Positions 8,207 through 16,516 of a DNA stretch of 39,603 bases are shown here, piece by piece. The DNA comes from a virus (taxonomy: Duplodnaviria; Heunggongvirae; Uroviricota; Caudoviricetes). Under the pieces are notes generated by a model, which was given only the letters and a program-made list of their open reading frames with translations, was not told where the DNA came from and searched no databases. How positions within the stretch are numbered: position 1 is the stretch's first letter; every line of letters starts with the position of its first letter. The position numbers and the translations under genes are program-made. Location of the stretch: positions 1 through 39,603 of IMG/VR virus record IMGVR_UViG_2778261067_000006. One strand, written 5' to 3'.

Positions 8207-8506
8207 TCAAATAAGTGGTTTGCTGCCTAATTTCATTTTCTGGCGACCAACACAAGTCACACCCATTTCACTGCGTGGCTTGCGGTAGTAAATACGATTC
8301 TGTTTACTCTCGACTTCTTCTGTCTTCTTGCAGCGAAGGCTTCCGAGTGATGCTGCTTTGTCTGCTCTGACGCAACCAGAGAGCTTTAGCGCAATTTTTC
8401 GCGCCAGTCGCTGTTCTTGCATTGCCTGTTCACGTTGATCCTGTCTGCGTGCTCTGCGGCGATTTCTGGCGTTATCGTCAGCCAGATATGTAATGACTAC
8501 TGTCAT
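8207..8506 (-). CDS. N: Antitermination protein N
   Basis: N-terminal arginine-rich motif (NARNRRRARRQDQRE); C-terminus ...YYRKPRSEMGVTCVGRQKMKLGSKPLI parallels lambda N ...WYSKPGERGITCSGRQKIKGKSIPLI; GGAGGT SD. Confidence 0.85.
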   Translation of the reverse strand: MTVVITYLADDNARNRRRARRQDQREQAMQEQRLARKIALKLSGCVRADKAASLGSLRCKKTEEVESKQNRIYYRKPRSEMGVTCVGRQKMKLGSKPLI

Positions 8507-8648
8507 GTTGACCTCCGATGATTGACTTTGGCGATTGGATGGCCGGTGCTGAACTCCGGCTTATTTACAGGCACCTTGTTCTCCCGAAGCTCTCCTGCGC
8601 GCATCAGCCTGCGCATTCATCCAATCCCAAAGCCAACTACTCTTTGGT

Positions 8649-8689
8649 TCCCGCATTTCGGCGGGACAATCCCATCAATGTTAAAGAGC
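8649..8689 (-). promoter_or_regulatory. nutL (boxA GCTCTTTAACA plus boxB hairpin)
   Basis: Minus strand has the boxA consensus followed by the hairpin TCCCGC-CGAAAT-GCGGGA, in the N leader; an almost identical copy lies downstream of cro. Confidence 0.7.
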
Positions 8690-8736
8690 CTGCCAATCTG
8701 TTCCGTTTGGCTTCCAGCGTCCTGCTGATGGCTAAA

Positions 8737-8833
8737 GAATACTGTAGGTATTTTATTGTGTAAATACCCAAGGTATTTATTTTTGATGAAATAATGATAA
8801 ACAAATGAATACAAAGGATATTTATTTTTTCGC
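8737..8833 (-). promoter_or_regulatory. OL operators (three AATAC-N5-GTATT-type sites) with PL
   Basis: Sites at 8737-8753, 8762-8778 and 8817-8833 (the third degenerate). Minus strand has -35 TTTACA, a 17-nt spacer and -10 TATTCT overlapping them. Confidence 0.55.
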
Positions 8834-8908
8834 TGTCTGCTTGTTCAGTGATTTTTATGCGGGATATGTGAAGTGGATCCCGATAGCTATTGCTGCCGGG
8901 ATTATGGG

Positions 8909-9277
8909 TTAGTCAGCGAAGGTTAAGACGAGAATTACCTTAATGATGTCTGCTACAACAGACACGGCCATAGATAAACCAAAGACGATCCAAGCCACAG
9001 TGATGTCTTCACTACCATCGTATAGAGTTCCGTAATCACTGGTGTAAGGCGTAAATGTCGCGCCTTGATACAATAGGTATAAGCTTGATCCATAGAGGAT
9101 AAATGCAGATATCCCTTGTATTGCTATGATCACAAGAATCATGAAACGAGCTGATCTATGCGCCCAAGCCTGGCTTATTTTTTCTGATAGAGATTTCGCA
9201 ATAAAAGCATGCGCTAAGCCGTAAATTGTCGAGATTGCCAACATCGCAAAAAAGCTTGCTATAGCGGTTCCAACCAT
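8909..9277 (-). CDS. Small three-helix integral membrane protein encoded immediately downstream of cI
   Basis: ORF-track ORF 8909..9298 begins at a TTG overlapping the cI stop; an in-frame ATG at 9277 has an AAGGGG SD. Three predicted TM segments; same strand as cI with no terminator between. Confidence 0.55.
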   Translation of the reverse strand: MVGTAIASFFAMLAISTIYGLAHAFIAKSLSEKISQAWAHRSARFMILVIIAIQGISAFILYGSSLYLLYQGATFTPYTSDYGTLYDGSEDITVAWIVFGLSMAVSVVADIIKVILVLTFAD

Positions 9278-9294
9278 AATCGCCCCTTGCGTGA

Positions 9295-10011
9295 TCAAAC
9301 CAGCCTTAGTTTTGTCTCAATTGCAACGCCTATAATCTTGCAGTTTCCATTGATTGGCACGAGAGGCCATGCAGGATTAAGTCCCTTGAGGTATTTATTT
9401 CCGCCGTCGATTATCAGCTTCTTGAATGTTGCTTCGTTAGAGTCAGAAAGTTTTGCTATGACCAAGCTGCCGTTGATCGCCTCCCTTCCGGTATCGAAAA
9501 GAACGAATGTTCCCTCTGGAATGCTTAACCCAACCGGTGCCGTCATTGAATCACCTTCCACTTTAAGCCAAAACGCATTACCTTGAATATGCGCGTCAGA
9601 CTCAAGCCAAACATCTATGTCTTTAATGGTGTATGGTTCGCATGCTTCACACCACGAGCCAGCCTGGATACTGCTTAACACCGGATACCTCTTTCCTGCT
9701 CTGTATTCCCCTGCATACCTTACGTTGGCATCGCTCTTAAGGCTTTCTGCCTGTTCTGCAACCTTGGCAGCAATTGACTGGCTAAAATCAGCAATTGAGA
9801 CTTGCAACAATCGCGCAAAACCAGATGCAACCTCAACGTTTAGCGCGTTTCTGCCATTAAGATAATGCCCTACCGCTCCTTGGGTGATACCCAGTTCATC
9901 AGCGATTGAGTATTGGGTTATTCCCAATTCTTTCTTTTTTGACTCATACAAAGCCTTAAGCCGCTTAGCGTCTTCGAGCTGTTCTGTCGTCAGTGATTTT
10001 TTATTTTCCAT
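9295..10011 (-). CDS. cI: CI repressor (lambda-type, HTH N-terminus and LexA-like autocleavage C-terminus)
   Basis: 238 aa; ...LTTEQLEDAKRLKALYESKKKELGITQ... parallels lambda CI ...[27 protein letters not shown]...; C-terminal ...FWLKVEGDSMTAP... carries the S24 peptidase motif. Confidence 0.9.
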   Translation of the reverse strand: MENKKSLTTEQLEDAKRLKALYESKKKELGITQYSIADELGITQGAVGHYLNGRNALNVEVASGFARLLQVSIADFSQSIAAKVAEQAESLKSDANVRYAGEYRAGKRYPVLSSIQAGSWCEACEPYTIKDIDVWLESDAHIQGNAFWLKVEGDSMTAPVGLSIPEGTFVLFDTGREAINGSLVIAKLSDSNEATFKKLIIDGGNKYLKGLNPAWPLVPINGNCKIIGVAIETKLRLV

Positions 10012-10045
10012 AGCTTAATTCTAATAGCTAAGGTACTTAAACTAA

Positions 10046-10087
10046 AAATACCCTGAGTATTGATTGCTTTGAATACCTGTAGTATTC
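10046..10087 (+). promoter_or_regulatory. OR operators (two clear AATAC-N5-GTATT sites) overlapping PR
   Basis: aAATACcctgaGTATTg (10046-10062) and GAATACctgtaGTATTC (10071-10087); putative PR -35 TTGATT and -10 TATTCT overlap them. Confidence 0.55.
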
Positions 10088-10117
10088 TTTGTTCATGGTT
10101 AATAACGGAGAGTGCAT

Positions 10118-10312
10118 ATGATTCGAATGACACTTGCCGATTACGCCAAAATCCATGGACAGGCTAAAGCAGCCAGTGACTTTGGTGTAATCCAGTGCGC
10201 TATCAGCAAGGCCATTCTGGCAGGCCGTAACATTATGGTTACGGTAAAGCCTGATGGCAGTGTGATTGGAGAGGAAGTTCGTCCTTTCCCAAGCAACAAG
10301 AAAAACAAATAG
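10118..10312 (+). CDS. cro: Cro repressor
   Basis: [24 protein letters not shown]...RPFPSNKK parallels lambda Cro [25 protein letters not shown]...KPFPSNKK; ATG at 10118 with GGAG SD. Confidence 0.85.
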   Translation: MIRMTLADYAKIHGQAKAASDFGVIQCAISKAILAGRNIMVTVKPDGSVIGEEVRPFPSNKKNK

Positions 10313-10319
10313 TAACACC

Positions 10320-10362
10320 GCTCTTTAACAGTCATGGTCCTTATTCCCGCCGAAATGCGGGA
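10320..10362 (+). promoter_or_regulatory. nutR (boxA GCTCTTTAACA plus boxB hairpin)
   Basis: Same boxA and identical boxB hairpin (TCCCGCCGAAATGCGGGA) as nutL, just downstream of cro. Confidence 0.7.
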
Positions 10363-10420
10363 ATACAACGCGCATCAGTTGGTGCGCATAACTTCTTATT
10401 TGTTAAGGAAATACTTACAT

Positions 10421-10699
10421 ATGCAACTTACAAGTACTCGCAAGAAAGCGAATGCAATTACAAGCAACATCCTAAATCGAATTGCTGTACGTGGTCAGCG
10501 AAAGGTTGCTGATGCATTAGGGATCAATGAATCGCAAATTTCGCGATGGAAAGACAGCTTTATCCCAAAGATGGCCATGCTTCTGGCTGTACTGGAGTGG
10601 GGTGTTGAAGACGAGGAGTTGGCGGAACTGGCTAAGAAAGTAGCCAGAATGCTGACAAAAGAAAAAGCCCCGAAGAACGGCGAATTCTTCGAGGCCTGA
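10421..10699 (+). CDS. cII: CII transcriptional activator
   Basis: ...ESQISRWKDSFIPKMAMLLAVLEWGVEDEE... parallels lambda CII ...KSQISRWKRDWIPKFSMLLAVLEWGVVDDD...; start placed at the internal ATG. Confidence 0.8.
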   Translation: MQLTSTRKKANAITSNILNRIAVRGQRKVADALGINESQISRWKDSFIPKMAMLLAVLEWGVEDEELAELAKKVARMLTKEKAPKNGEFFEA

Positions 10700-10733
10700 T
10701 GTAGAAAGACTGGATCAATCCACAGGAGTAATT

Positions 10734-10898
10734 ATGACAAAACGTCGTAAGAAATACCAGGAAAAAGAAGAGATTCGACACCCTGATTCACCTGAGGGAT
10801 TAGTGGTAGCCGCAGCAAATAACAGGGCGTTCGCAGAGCGCCTTGTTGGTGTTTACAGACTAGCCAAAGCAGGAGTGAAACATGGGCGTCGTTAAGTT
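10734..10898 (+). CDS. Small basic hypothetical protein (54 aa) between cII and the replication initiator
   Basis: Hand-translated; ATG with AGGAG SD 6 nt upstream; its 3' end overlaps the O-like gene start. Confidence 0.35.
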
Positions 10899-11772
10899 AG
10901 CTGATTACAGGCATAACCCTGTACAACATCAGGAGGCATCCAGTATGGGGTATGTCTCTATACACCGCCAGTTTATGGACAGCAGGCTCTATAAGGACTC
11001 TCAGGCAGTACATCTTTGGCTTCACTTAATCCTCAAGGCTAATCACGAATCTACTGTCGTCAATACGGATATCGGTTCGATAACTGTTGATCGCGGTCAG
11101 ATGATAACTGGACGCCCGTCGCTGGTCAGAGAAACATTCATCCCCGACAACAAAGTTCGGAGCTTATTACGGACTTTTGAGTCGAAAGGTATGCTTAATA
11201 TTTGCTCGATGGGGAAGAAATTTAGCCTGTTTACAATCGTTAAATATGACGATTTTCAGGCAAAAAATTGTCCAACGGTTGTCCAACGGTTGTCCAACGC
11301 AAACACCAGTAATGGTGCGGCTCTCAGCGGAGATTGTCCAACGGTTGTCCAACGGTTGTCCATAAACAATAATATAAATAATATCTCTAATACTGACGTA
11401 TTAGAGAGTGCCACAGCAGACAAAAAGTCTGACAAGAAAAAACCTTCCGTCAGCTGTCAGGATGTTGTCGATGCTTACCACGAAATCCTTCCTGAAGCGC
11501 CAAGAATACGCGCACTGAATGACAAGCGTAAAAACCAGATCCGAACGTTCTGGCGCAAAGCCGGAGTGATAACCCGCCAGCTTGACGGGCATGGGTTCAC
11601 GATGCAGGACTGGAGAAATTATTTGAGCTACGTAGGCGAAAATTGTCGATGGATGTTCGAAGAGCGTCCAAACCATCAACGCGGAACTGTCTGGCACAAA
11701 AAGGGATTTGATTTCCTGCTTAACGATAATACCTACCTGAAAGTTCGTGAGGGTGAACACGATGACCGATAA
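10882..11772 (+). CDS. Replication initiator (lambda O / P22 gene 18-like) containing the origin
   Basis: 296 aa; direct repeats inside the gene translate to CPTVVQRLSNA/CPTVVQRLS, as in lambda O where iterons sit inside the gene; lies upstream of the helicase. Confidence 0.7.
   Translation: MGVVKLADYRHNPVQHQEASSMGYVSIHRQFMDSRLYKDSQAVHLWLHLILKANHESTVVNTDIGSITVDRGQMITGRPSLVRETFIPDNKVRSLLRTFESKGMLNICSMGKKFSLFTIVKYDDFQAKNCPTVVQRLSNANTSNGAALSGDCPTVVQRLSINNNINNISNTDVLESATADKKSDKKKPSVSCQDVVDAYHEILPEAPRIRALNDKRKNQIRTFWRKAGVITRQLDGHGFTMQDWRNYLSYVGENCRWMFEERPNHQRGTVWHKKGFDFLLNDNTYLKVREGEHDDR
11268..11410 (+). repeat. Origin of replication: six direct iterons (TTGTCCAACGG) in two clusters followed by an AT-rich tract
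   Basis: Copies at 11268, 11279, 11290, 11334, 11345 and a partial at 11356; then AACAATAATATAAATAATATCTCTAATA. Confidence 0.7.
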
Positions 11773-13198
11773 TTTTTATGCGCCGCCCCATAGCATCGAG
11801 GCAGAGCAGGCGGTGATTGGTGGATTGCTTCTGGATGATGACAGCAGTGAGCGCGTCAAGAAAGTTTTGGCGATGCTGAAGCCTGATTCATTTTACAGCC
11901 GACCACACAAAATCCTTTTCGAAGAAATAACCAGAATGCACCGGGAGCAAAAGCCAGTAGATGGCCTGACGCTTTTCGATGAACTGGAGCGTAAATCGTT
12001 AACGGCGTCTGTTGGCGGTTTTGCTTATATCGCTGAGATCGCAAAGAACACGCCGAGCGCCGCAAACATCGTTGCCTATGCAATGCAGGTTCGCGAAACC
12101 GCAATGGAACGCTACGCCATCAACCGCATGACTGAAGCGACGGAATTGCTCTATTCACGCAACGGAATGACTGCAACGCAGAAGTACGAAGCTATTCAGA
12201 CGATTTTCACGCAACTGACAGACCATGCAAAAACCGGATCGCGTCGCGGCCTTCGTTCATTTGGTGAGGTCATGGAAGACTGGGTTAGCGACCTTGAGAA
12301 GCGATTTGACCCGTCAGGCGAACAACGAGGAATGAGCACAGGGATCCCATCGCTGGACAGGATGCTGTCACCGAAAGGTCTGGTGAAAGGCTCTCTGTTT
12401 GTCATTGGCGCTCGCCCTAAGATGGGGAAAACGACGCTATACAGCCAGATGGCAATCAACTGCGCAGTGCATGAGAAAAAGCCTGCTCTGATGTTCAGCC
12501 TTGAAATGCCAGGTGATCAGATACTGGAAAAACTGGTAGGACAGAAGTCAGGTGTTAACCCGAATATTTTTTACCTTCCGGCGACAAATGACGCTGATGA
12601 CGGCTATCAGGGTGATTACGATGGTGACTTCAACAGGGCGATCGAAACAGCAAATCGCTTGAGTGAAATCGACCTGCTTTACATCGACGACACGCCGGGA
12701 TTATCTCTGGCTCAAATCGTCAGCGAAAGCCGTCGAATCAAGCGAGAAAAAGGATGTGTTGGCATGATTCTGGTCGATTACCTGACACTAATGACCGCTG
12801 AGAAAGCCGATCGTAACGACCTTGCTTACGGCATGATCACCAAAGGACTGAAGAACCTTGCCAAAGAGCTTGATTGCGTTGTTGTGCTTCTGACGCAGCT
12901 TAACCGCGCACTGGAAAGCCGAACCAATAAACGCCCATTACCAAGTGACTCACGAGATACAGGGCAGATTGAACAGGATTGCGATTATTGGGTGGGGATC
13001 CATCGTGAAGGTGCTTTTGATGACAGTGTTCCACCTGGTGAAACCGAACTAATCCTTCGTCTCAATCGTCATGGCAATACCGGCACGGTGTATTGCATTC
13101 AGGCAAATGGCGCTATTTATGACACAGACCAACAGTCTGCTGAAATGCGCCGACGTGAACGCGAGGAACCGCAGTCCAAGAAGAAAGGAGGATTCTGA
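11762..13198 (+). CDS. Replicative DNA helicase, DnaB-like (P22 gene 12-type)
   Basis: Walker A (GARPKMGKTT) and DnaB-like N-terminal and C-terminal regions; ATG at 11762 with SD. Confidence 0.85.
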   Translation: MTDNFYAPPHSIEAEQAVIGGLLLDDDSSERVKKVLAMLKPDSFYSRPHKILFEEITRMHREQKPVDGLTLFDELERKSLTASVGGFAYIAEIAKNTPSAANIVAYAMQVRETAMERYAINRMTEATELLYSRNGMTATQKYEAIQTIFTQLTDHAKTGSRRGLRSFGEVMEDWVSDLEKRFDPSGEQRGMSTGIPSLDRMLSPKGLVKGSLFVIGARPKMGKTTLYSQMAINCAVHEKKPALMFSLEMPGDQILEKLVGQKSGVNPNIFYLPATNDADDGYQGDYDGDFNRAIETANRLSEIDLLYIDDTPGLSLAQIVSESRRIKREKGCVGMILVDYLTLMTAEKADRNDLAYGMITKGLKNLAKELDCVVVLLTQLNRALESRTNKRPLPSDSRDTGQIEQDCDYWVGIHREGAFDDSVPPGETELILRLNRHGNTGTVYCIQANGAIYDTDQQSAEMRRREREEPQSKKKGGF

Positions 13199-13226
13199 TG
13201 ACCATCTACATCACTGAGCTAATAAC

Positions 13227-13258
13227 AGGCCTGCTGGTAATCGCAGGCCTTTTTATTT
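13227..13258 (+). terminator. Intrinsic terminator (tR2-like) between replication genes and nin region
   Basis: AGGCCTGC-(8-nt loop)-GCAGGCCT followed by TTTTTATTT. Confidence 0.6.
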
Positions 13259-13274
13259 GGGGGAGAGGGAAGTC

Positions 13275-13715
13275 ATGAAAAAACTAACCTTTGAAATTCG
13301 ATCTCCAGCACATCAGCAAAACGCTATTCACGCAGTACAGCAAATCCTTCCAGACCCAACCAAACCAATCGTAGTAACCATTCAGGAACGCAACCGCAGC
13401 TTAGACCAGAATCGAAAGCTTTGGGCTTGCCTTGGTGACGTCTCTCGTCAGGTTGAATGGCATGGTCGCTGGCTGGATGCAGAAAGCTGGAAGTGTGTGT
13501 TTACCGCAGCATTAAAGCAGCAGGACGTTGTTCCTAACCTTGCCGGGAATGGCTTTGTGGTAATAGGCCAGTCAACCAGCAGGATGCGTGTAGGCGAATT
13601 TGCGGAGCTATTAGAGCTTATACAGGCATTCGGTACAGAGCGTGGCGTTAAGTGGTCAGACGAAGCGAGACTGGCTCTGGAGTGGAAAGCGAGATGGGGA
13701 GATCGGGCTGCATGA
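13275..13715 (+). CDS. ninB: NinB (Orf-family recombination mediator)
   Basis: Sequence MKKLTFEIRSPAHQQNAIHAVQQILPDP... matches lambda NinB as I recall it. Confidence 0.85.
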   Translation: MKKLTFEIRSPAHQQNAIHAVQQILPDPTKPIVVTIQERNRSLDQNRKLWACLGDVSRQVEWHGRWLDAESWKCVFTAALKQQDVVPNLAGNGFVVIGQSTSRMRVGEFAELLELIQAFGTERGVKWSDEARLALEWKARWGDRAA

Positions 13716-14239
13716 CTATCAAATCAAATACGCCAGCACACGACAAGGACTGCTGGCAAACGCCGCTTTGGCTTTTTGATGCACTGGATATTGAGTTTGG
13801 ATTCTGGCTGGATTCGGCAGCGAGCGACAAAAATGCTCTGTGTGCTCACTGGCTAACTGAGGCCGACGACGCGCTCAATTCTGAGTGGGTAAGCCACGGT
13901 GCAATCTGGAATAACCCACCGTACAGCAATATCAGGCCGTGGGTGGAAAAAGCCGCTGAGCAGTGCATACAACAGCGACAGACGGTAGTTATGCTTGTGC
14001 CAGAGGATATGTCAGTCGGATGGTTCAGCAAGGCTCTGGAGAGTGTCGACGAAGTTCGCATTATCACTGATGGACGGATTAATTTTATCGAACCATCGAC
14101 AGGGTTGGAGAAGAAGGGAAACAGCAAAGGCTCCATGCTGCTGATTTGGCGACCGTTCATCAGTCCTCGACGGATGTTTACTACCGTATCCAAAGCGGCA
14201 TTGATGGCGATCGGGCAGGGCGTCAGGAGAGCGGCATGA
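13712..14239 (+). CDS. Phage-type DNA N6-adenine methyltransferase (Dam family)
   Basis: WNNPPY motif, [13 protein letters not shown]-terminal motif; ATGA overlap with ninB stop. Confidence 0.75.
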   Translation: MTIKSNTPAHDKDCWQTPLWLFDALDIEFGFWLDSAASDKNALCAHWLTEADDALNSEWVSHGAIWNNPPYSNIRPWVEKAAEQCIQQRQTVVMLVPEDMSVGWFSKALESVDEVRIITDGRINFIEPSTGLEKKGNSKGSMLLIWRPFISPRRMFTTVSKAALMAIGQGVRRAA

Positions 14240-14412
14240 GGCGACAGCGACGAAGTATCACCGACATAATCTGCGAAAACTGCAAATACCTTCCAACGAA
14301 ACGCTCCAGAAATAAACGCAAGCCAATTCCAAAAGAATCTGACGTAAAAACCTTCAACTACACGGCTCACCTGTGGGATATCCGGTGGCTAAGACATCGT
14401 GCGAGGAAATGA
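14236..14412 (+). CDS. ninE: NinE
   Basis: [20 protein letters not shown]... resembles lambda NinE; ATGA overlap with upstream stop. Confidence 0.65.
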   Translation: MRRQRRSITDIICENCKYLPTKRSRNKRKPIPKESDVKTFNYTAHLWDIRWLRHRARK

Positions 14413-14414
14413 CA

Positions 14415-14798
14415 ATGGATTATTCACAGTTAAGTGATTTTGAAATTAACGTGGCGGTATTCGAAGCCATTCATAACGGATCACCGGATTACAAAGAAGG
14501 TGAGAATGGCGCGATGGTGTTTATCTCATTTGAGGGAGACATTGTAAACGGAGACGCAGTTGAAGTAGAGGTTGAGCGCGGATCCTTTAACCCATGCGCA
14601 AACCCAGCAGACGCATGGCCGATTATCACTGAAAACAACATCAGCATAATTTTAGACAATCCCTCAATGCCGTGCGCTACAGACAACGCAAGGGACTTGT
14701 TTGATGATGCCGGACCGAATGTTGGTGTCGCATATGACAATCCACTCCGTGCCGCCATGATTGTCTTTCTCATGATGCAGGACGCCAATAATGCTTAG
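14415..14798 (+). CDS. Hypothetical nin-region protein (NinX/DUF2591-like)
   Basis: Acidic 127-aa ORF in the nin operon; start chosen by SD spacing. Confidence 0.45.
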   Translation: MDYSQLSDFEINVAVFEAIHNGSPDYKEGENGAMVFISFEGDIVNGDAVEVEVERGSFNPCANPADAWPIITENNISIILDNPSMPCATDNARDLFDDAGPNVGVAYDNPLRAAMIVFLMMQDANNA

Positions 14799-14967
14799 CC
14801 CATCCCAATCCCTTCAATACCAGAAAGAAAGCGTCGAGCGAGCTTTAACGTGCGCTAACTGCGGTCAGAAGCTGCATGTGCTGGAAGTTCACGTGTGTGA
14901 GCACTGCTGCGCAGAACTGATGAGCGATCCGAATAGCTCAATGTACGAGGAAGAAGACGATGAATGA
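14791..14967 (+). CDS. ninF: NinF
   Basis: Hand-translated 58 aa: MLSPSQSLQYQKESVERALTCANCGQKLHVLEVHVCEHCCAEL...; resembles lambda NinF. Confidence 0.65.
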   Translation: MLSPSQSLQYQKESVERALTCANCGQKLHVLEVHVCEHCCAELMSDPNSSMYEEEDDE

Positions 14968-15682
14968 GTTAATAAATGGCAACGCCATCAAAATGACAAG
15001 CATTGAAATCGCTGAGTTGGTGGGAAGTCGTCATGACAAGGTGAAACAATCTATTGAACGACTGGCGGCTCGAGGTGTGATCCGAAATCCCCCAATGGTG
15101 GTTTTCGAAAAAATCAATAACTTAGGATTACTTCGTGGCGTAGAGGCTTACGTTTTTGAGGGCGAACAAGGTAAGCGAGACAGTATTGTCGTTGTAGCCC
15201 AGTTGTCGCCGGAATTCACCGCTCGTCTTGTTGATCGTTGGCGAGAGCTTGAAGAAACTACGGTTAATATCCCCAAAACGCTACCGGAAGCGTTGCGCCT
15301 TGCTGCTGATCTTGCTGAGAAGAAAATGCAACTGGAAAACCAGCTCGCAATTGCCGCACCTAAAGTTGAGTTTGCCGATCGCGTTGGCGAGGCCAGCGGA
15401 ATTTTGATTGGAAACTTTGCAAAGGTTGTTGGAATTGGTCCAAACAAACTGTTTGCGTGGATGCGCGATCACAAAATCCTTATTGCTTCAGGTTCCCGGC
15501 GCAATGTGCCAATGCAGGAATATATGGATCGCGGCTATTTCACAGTGAAAGAAACAGCGATCAACACAAATCACGGGATACAGATATCGTTCACCACAAA
15601 AATCACCGGGCGTGGTCAACAGTGGCTGACCAGAAAGCTGCTCGATAACGGAATGCTGAAAGTAACAGGGGAGGCTGCTTAA
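14960..15682 (+). CDS. Antirepressor-like regulatory protein (Rha-like N-terminus plus KilA-C/ANT-like C-terminus)
   Basis: 240 aa; N-terminal ...NAIKMTSIEIAELVGSRHDKV... resembles Rha/pRha; domain assignment from memory. Confidence 0.6.
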   Translation: MNELINGNAIKMTSIEIAELVGSRHDKVKQSIERLAARGVIRNPPMVVFEKINNLGLLRGVEAYVFEGEQGKRDSIVVVAQLSPEFTARLVDRWRELEETTVNIPKTLPEALRLAADLAEKKMQLENQLAIAAPKVEFADRVGEASGILIGNFAKVVGIGPNKLFAWMRDHKILIASGSRRNVPMQEYMDRGYFTVKETAINTNHGIQISFTTKITGRGQQWLTRKLLDNGMLKVTGEAA

Positions 15683-15972
15683 TGGCTAACCGACGCAAAG
15701 AAGCACGCGGCAGAGAATGCCAGGTACGTATTTACGGCGTATGCAATGGCAACCCTGAAACTACAGTTCTGGCACATTACCGGATGGCTGGAATTTGCGG
15801 AACGGGAATGAAGCCTGACGACCTGATCGGTGCATGGGCTTGTAGTGCGTGTCACGATGAAATCGACCGACGCACCCATAATCTCGACAACAAAGACGCC
15901 AGACTTTACCACCTCGAAGGCGTGATCAGAACGCAGGCGATACTGCTGAGGGAGGGGAAGATTAAGTCATGA
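15682..15972 (+). CDS. YbcO-like protein (DUF1364), Cys/His-rich
   Basis: 96 aa; very similar to my recollection of DLP12 YbcO (…ARGRECQVRIPGVCNGNPET…LAH…); sits upstream of rusA as in DLP12. Confidence 0.6.
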   Translation: MANRRKEARGRECQVRIYGVCNGNPETTVLAHYRMAGICGTGMKPDDLIGAWACSACHDEIDRRTHNLDNKDARLYHLEGVIRTQAILLREGKIKS

Positions 15973-16331
15973 ACGAATATCAGTTTGTGCTTCCATACCC
16001 GCCGTCGGTGAATACCTACTGGCGAAGACGGGGAAGCCAATATTACATAAGCGATAAAGGCCAGAAATACCGAAAAGACGTTCAGCAAATCATCCGCCAA
16101 CTTAAGTTAGATATTTTCACCAAATCACGACTCCGCATCAAAGTCATCGCAGACGTTCCAGACTCCCGCCGCCGCGACCTCGACAACATCCTGAAAGGTT
16201 TACTCGACTCTCTTATCCACGCCGGATTTGCGGAAGACGACGAGCAATTCGATGACATTCGCGTAATTCGTGGCGTGAAAGTACCAGGCGGAAGGCTTGG
16301 AATAAAAATCACCGAACTGGAGAACGTATGA
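15969..16331 (+). CDS. rusA: RusA-family Holliday junction resolvase
   Basis: 120 aa with the DLDNILKGLLDSL acidic catalytic region typical of RusA. Confidence 0.8.
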   Translation: MNEYQFVLPYPPSVNTYWRRRGSQYYISDKGQKYRKDVQQIIRQLKLDIFTKSRLRIKVIADVPDSRRRDLDNILKGLLDSLIHAGFAEDDEQFDDIRVIRGVKVPGGRLGIKITELENV

Positions 16332-16516
16332 ACGCCACAATTCAAACGATACCAGAGCTTCTTATCCAGACACGAGGCAATCAGACCGAAGTGGCGAGGA
16401 TGCTTTCCTGCGCAAGAGGAACGGTGCTCAAGTACAACCGAGACAGCAAAGGCGAACGTCACGTAATAGTTAACGGCGTCCTGATGGTCAAACAGGGCAA
16501 GAGGGGAAGACGATGA
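16328..16516 (+). CDS. ninH: NinH
   Basis: ...GNQTEVARMLSCARGTVLKY...IVNGVLMV... parallels lambda NinH. Confidence 0.65.
   Translation: MNATIQTIPELLIQTRGNQTEVARMLSCARGTVLKYNRDSKGERHVIVNGVLMVKQGKRGRR

Noticed and set aside
11268-11360. Short direct repeats that could be mistaken for a CRISPR array
   Set aside because: Repeats are 11 bp, nearly contiguous, lie inside the replication initiator gene and are followed by an AT-rich tract: these are ori iterons, not CRISPR repeat-spacer units. No CRISPR array is present in the window.
13652-13711. Extended N-terminus of the methyltransferase ORF (MVRRSETG...)
   Set aside because: This extension overlaps the ninB 3' end in another frame; the internal ATG at 13712 forms an ATGA coupling with the ninB stop and begins the conserved methylase sequence.
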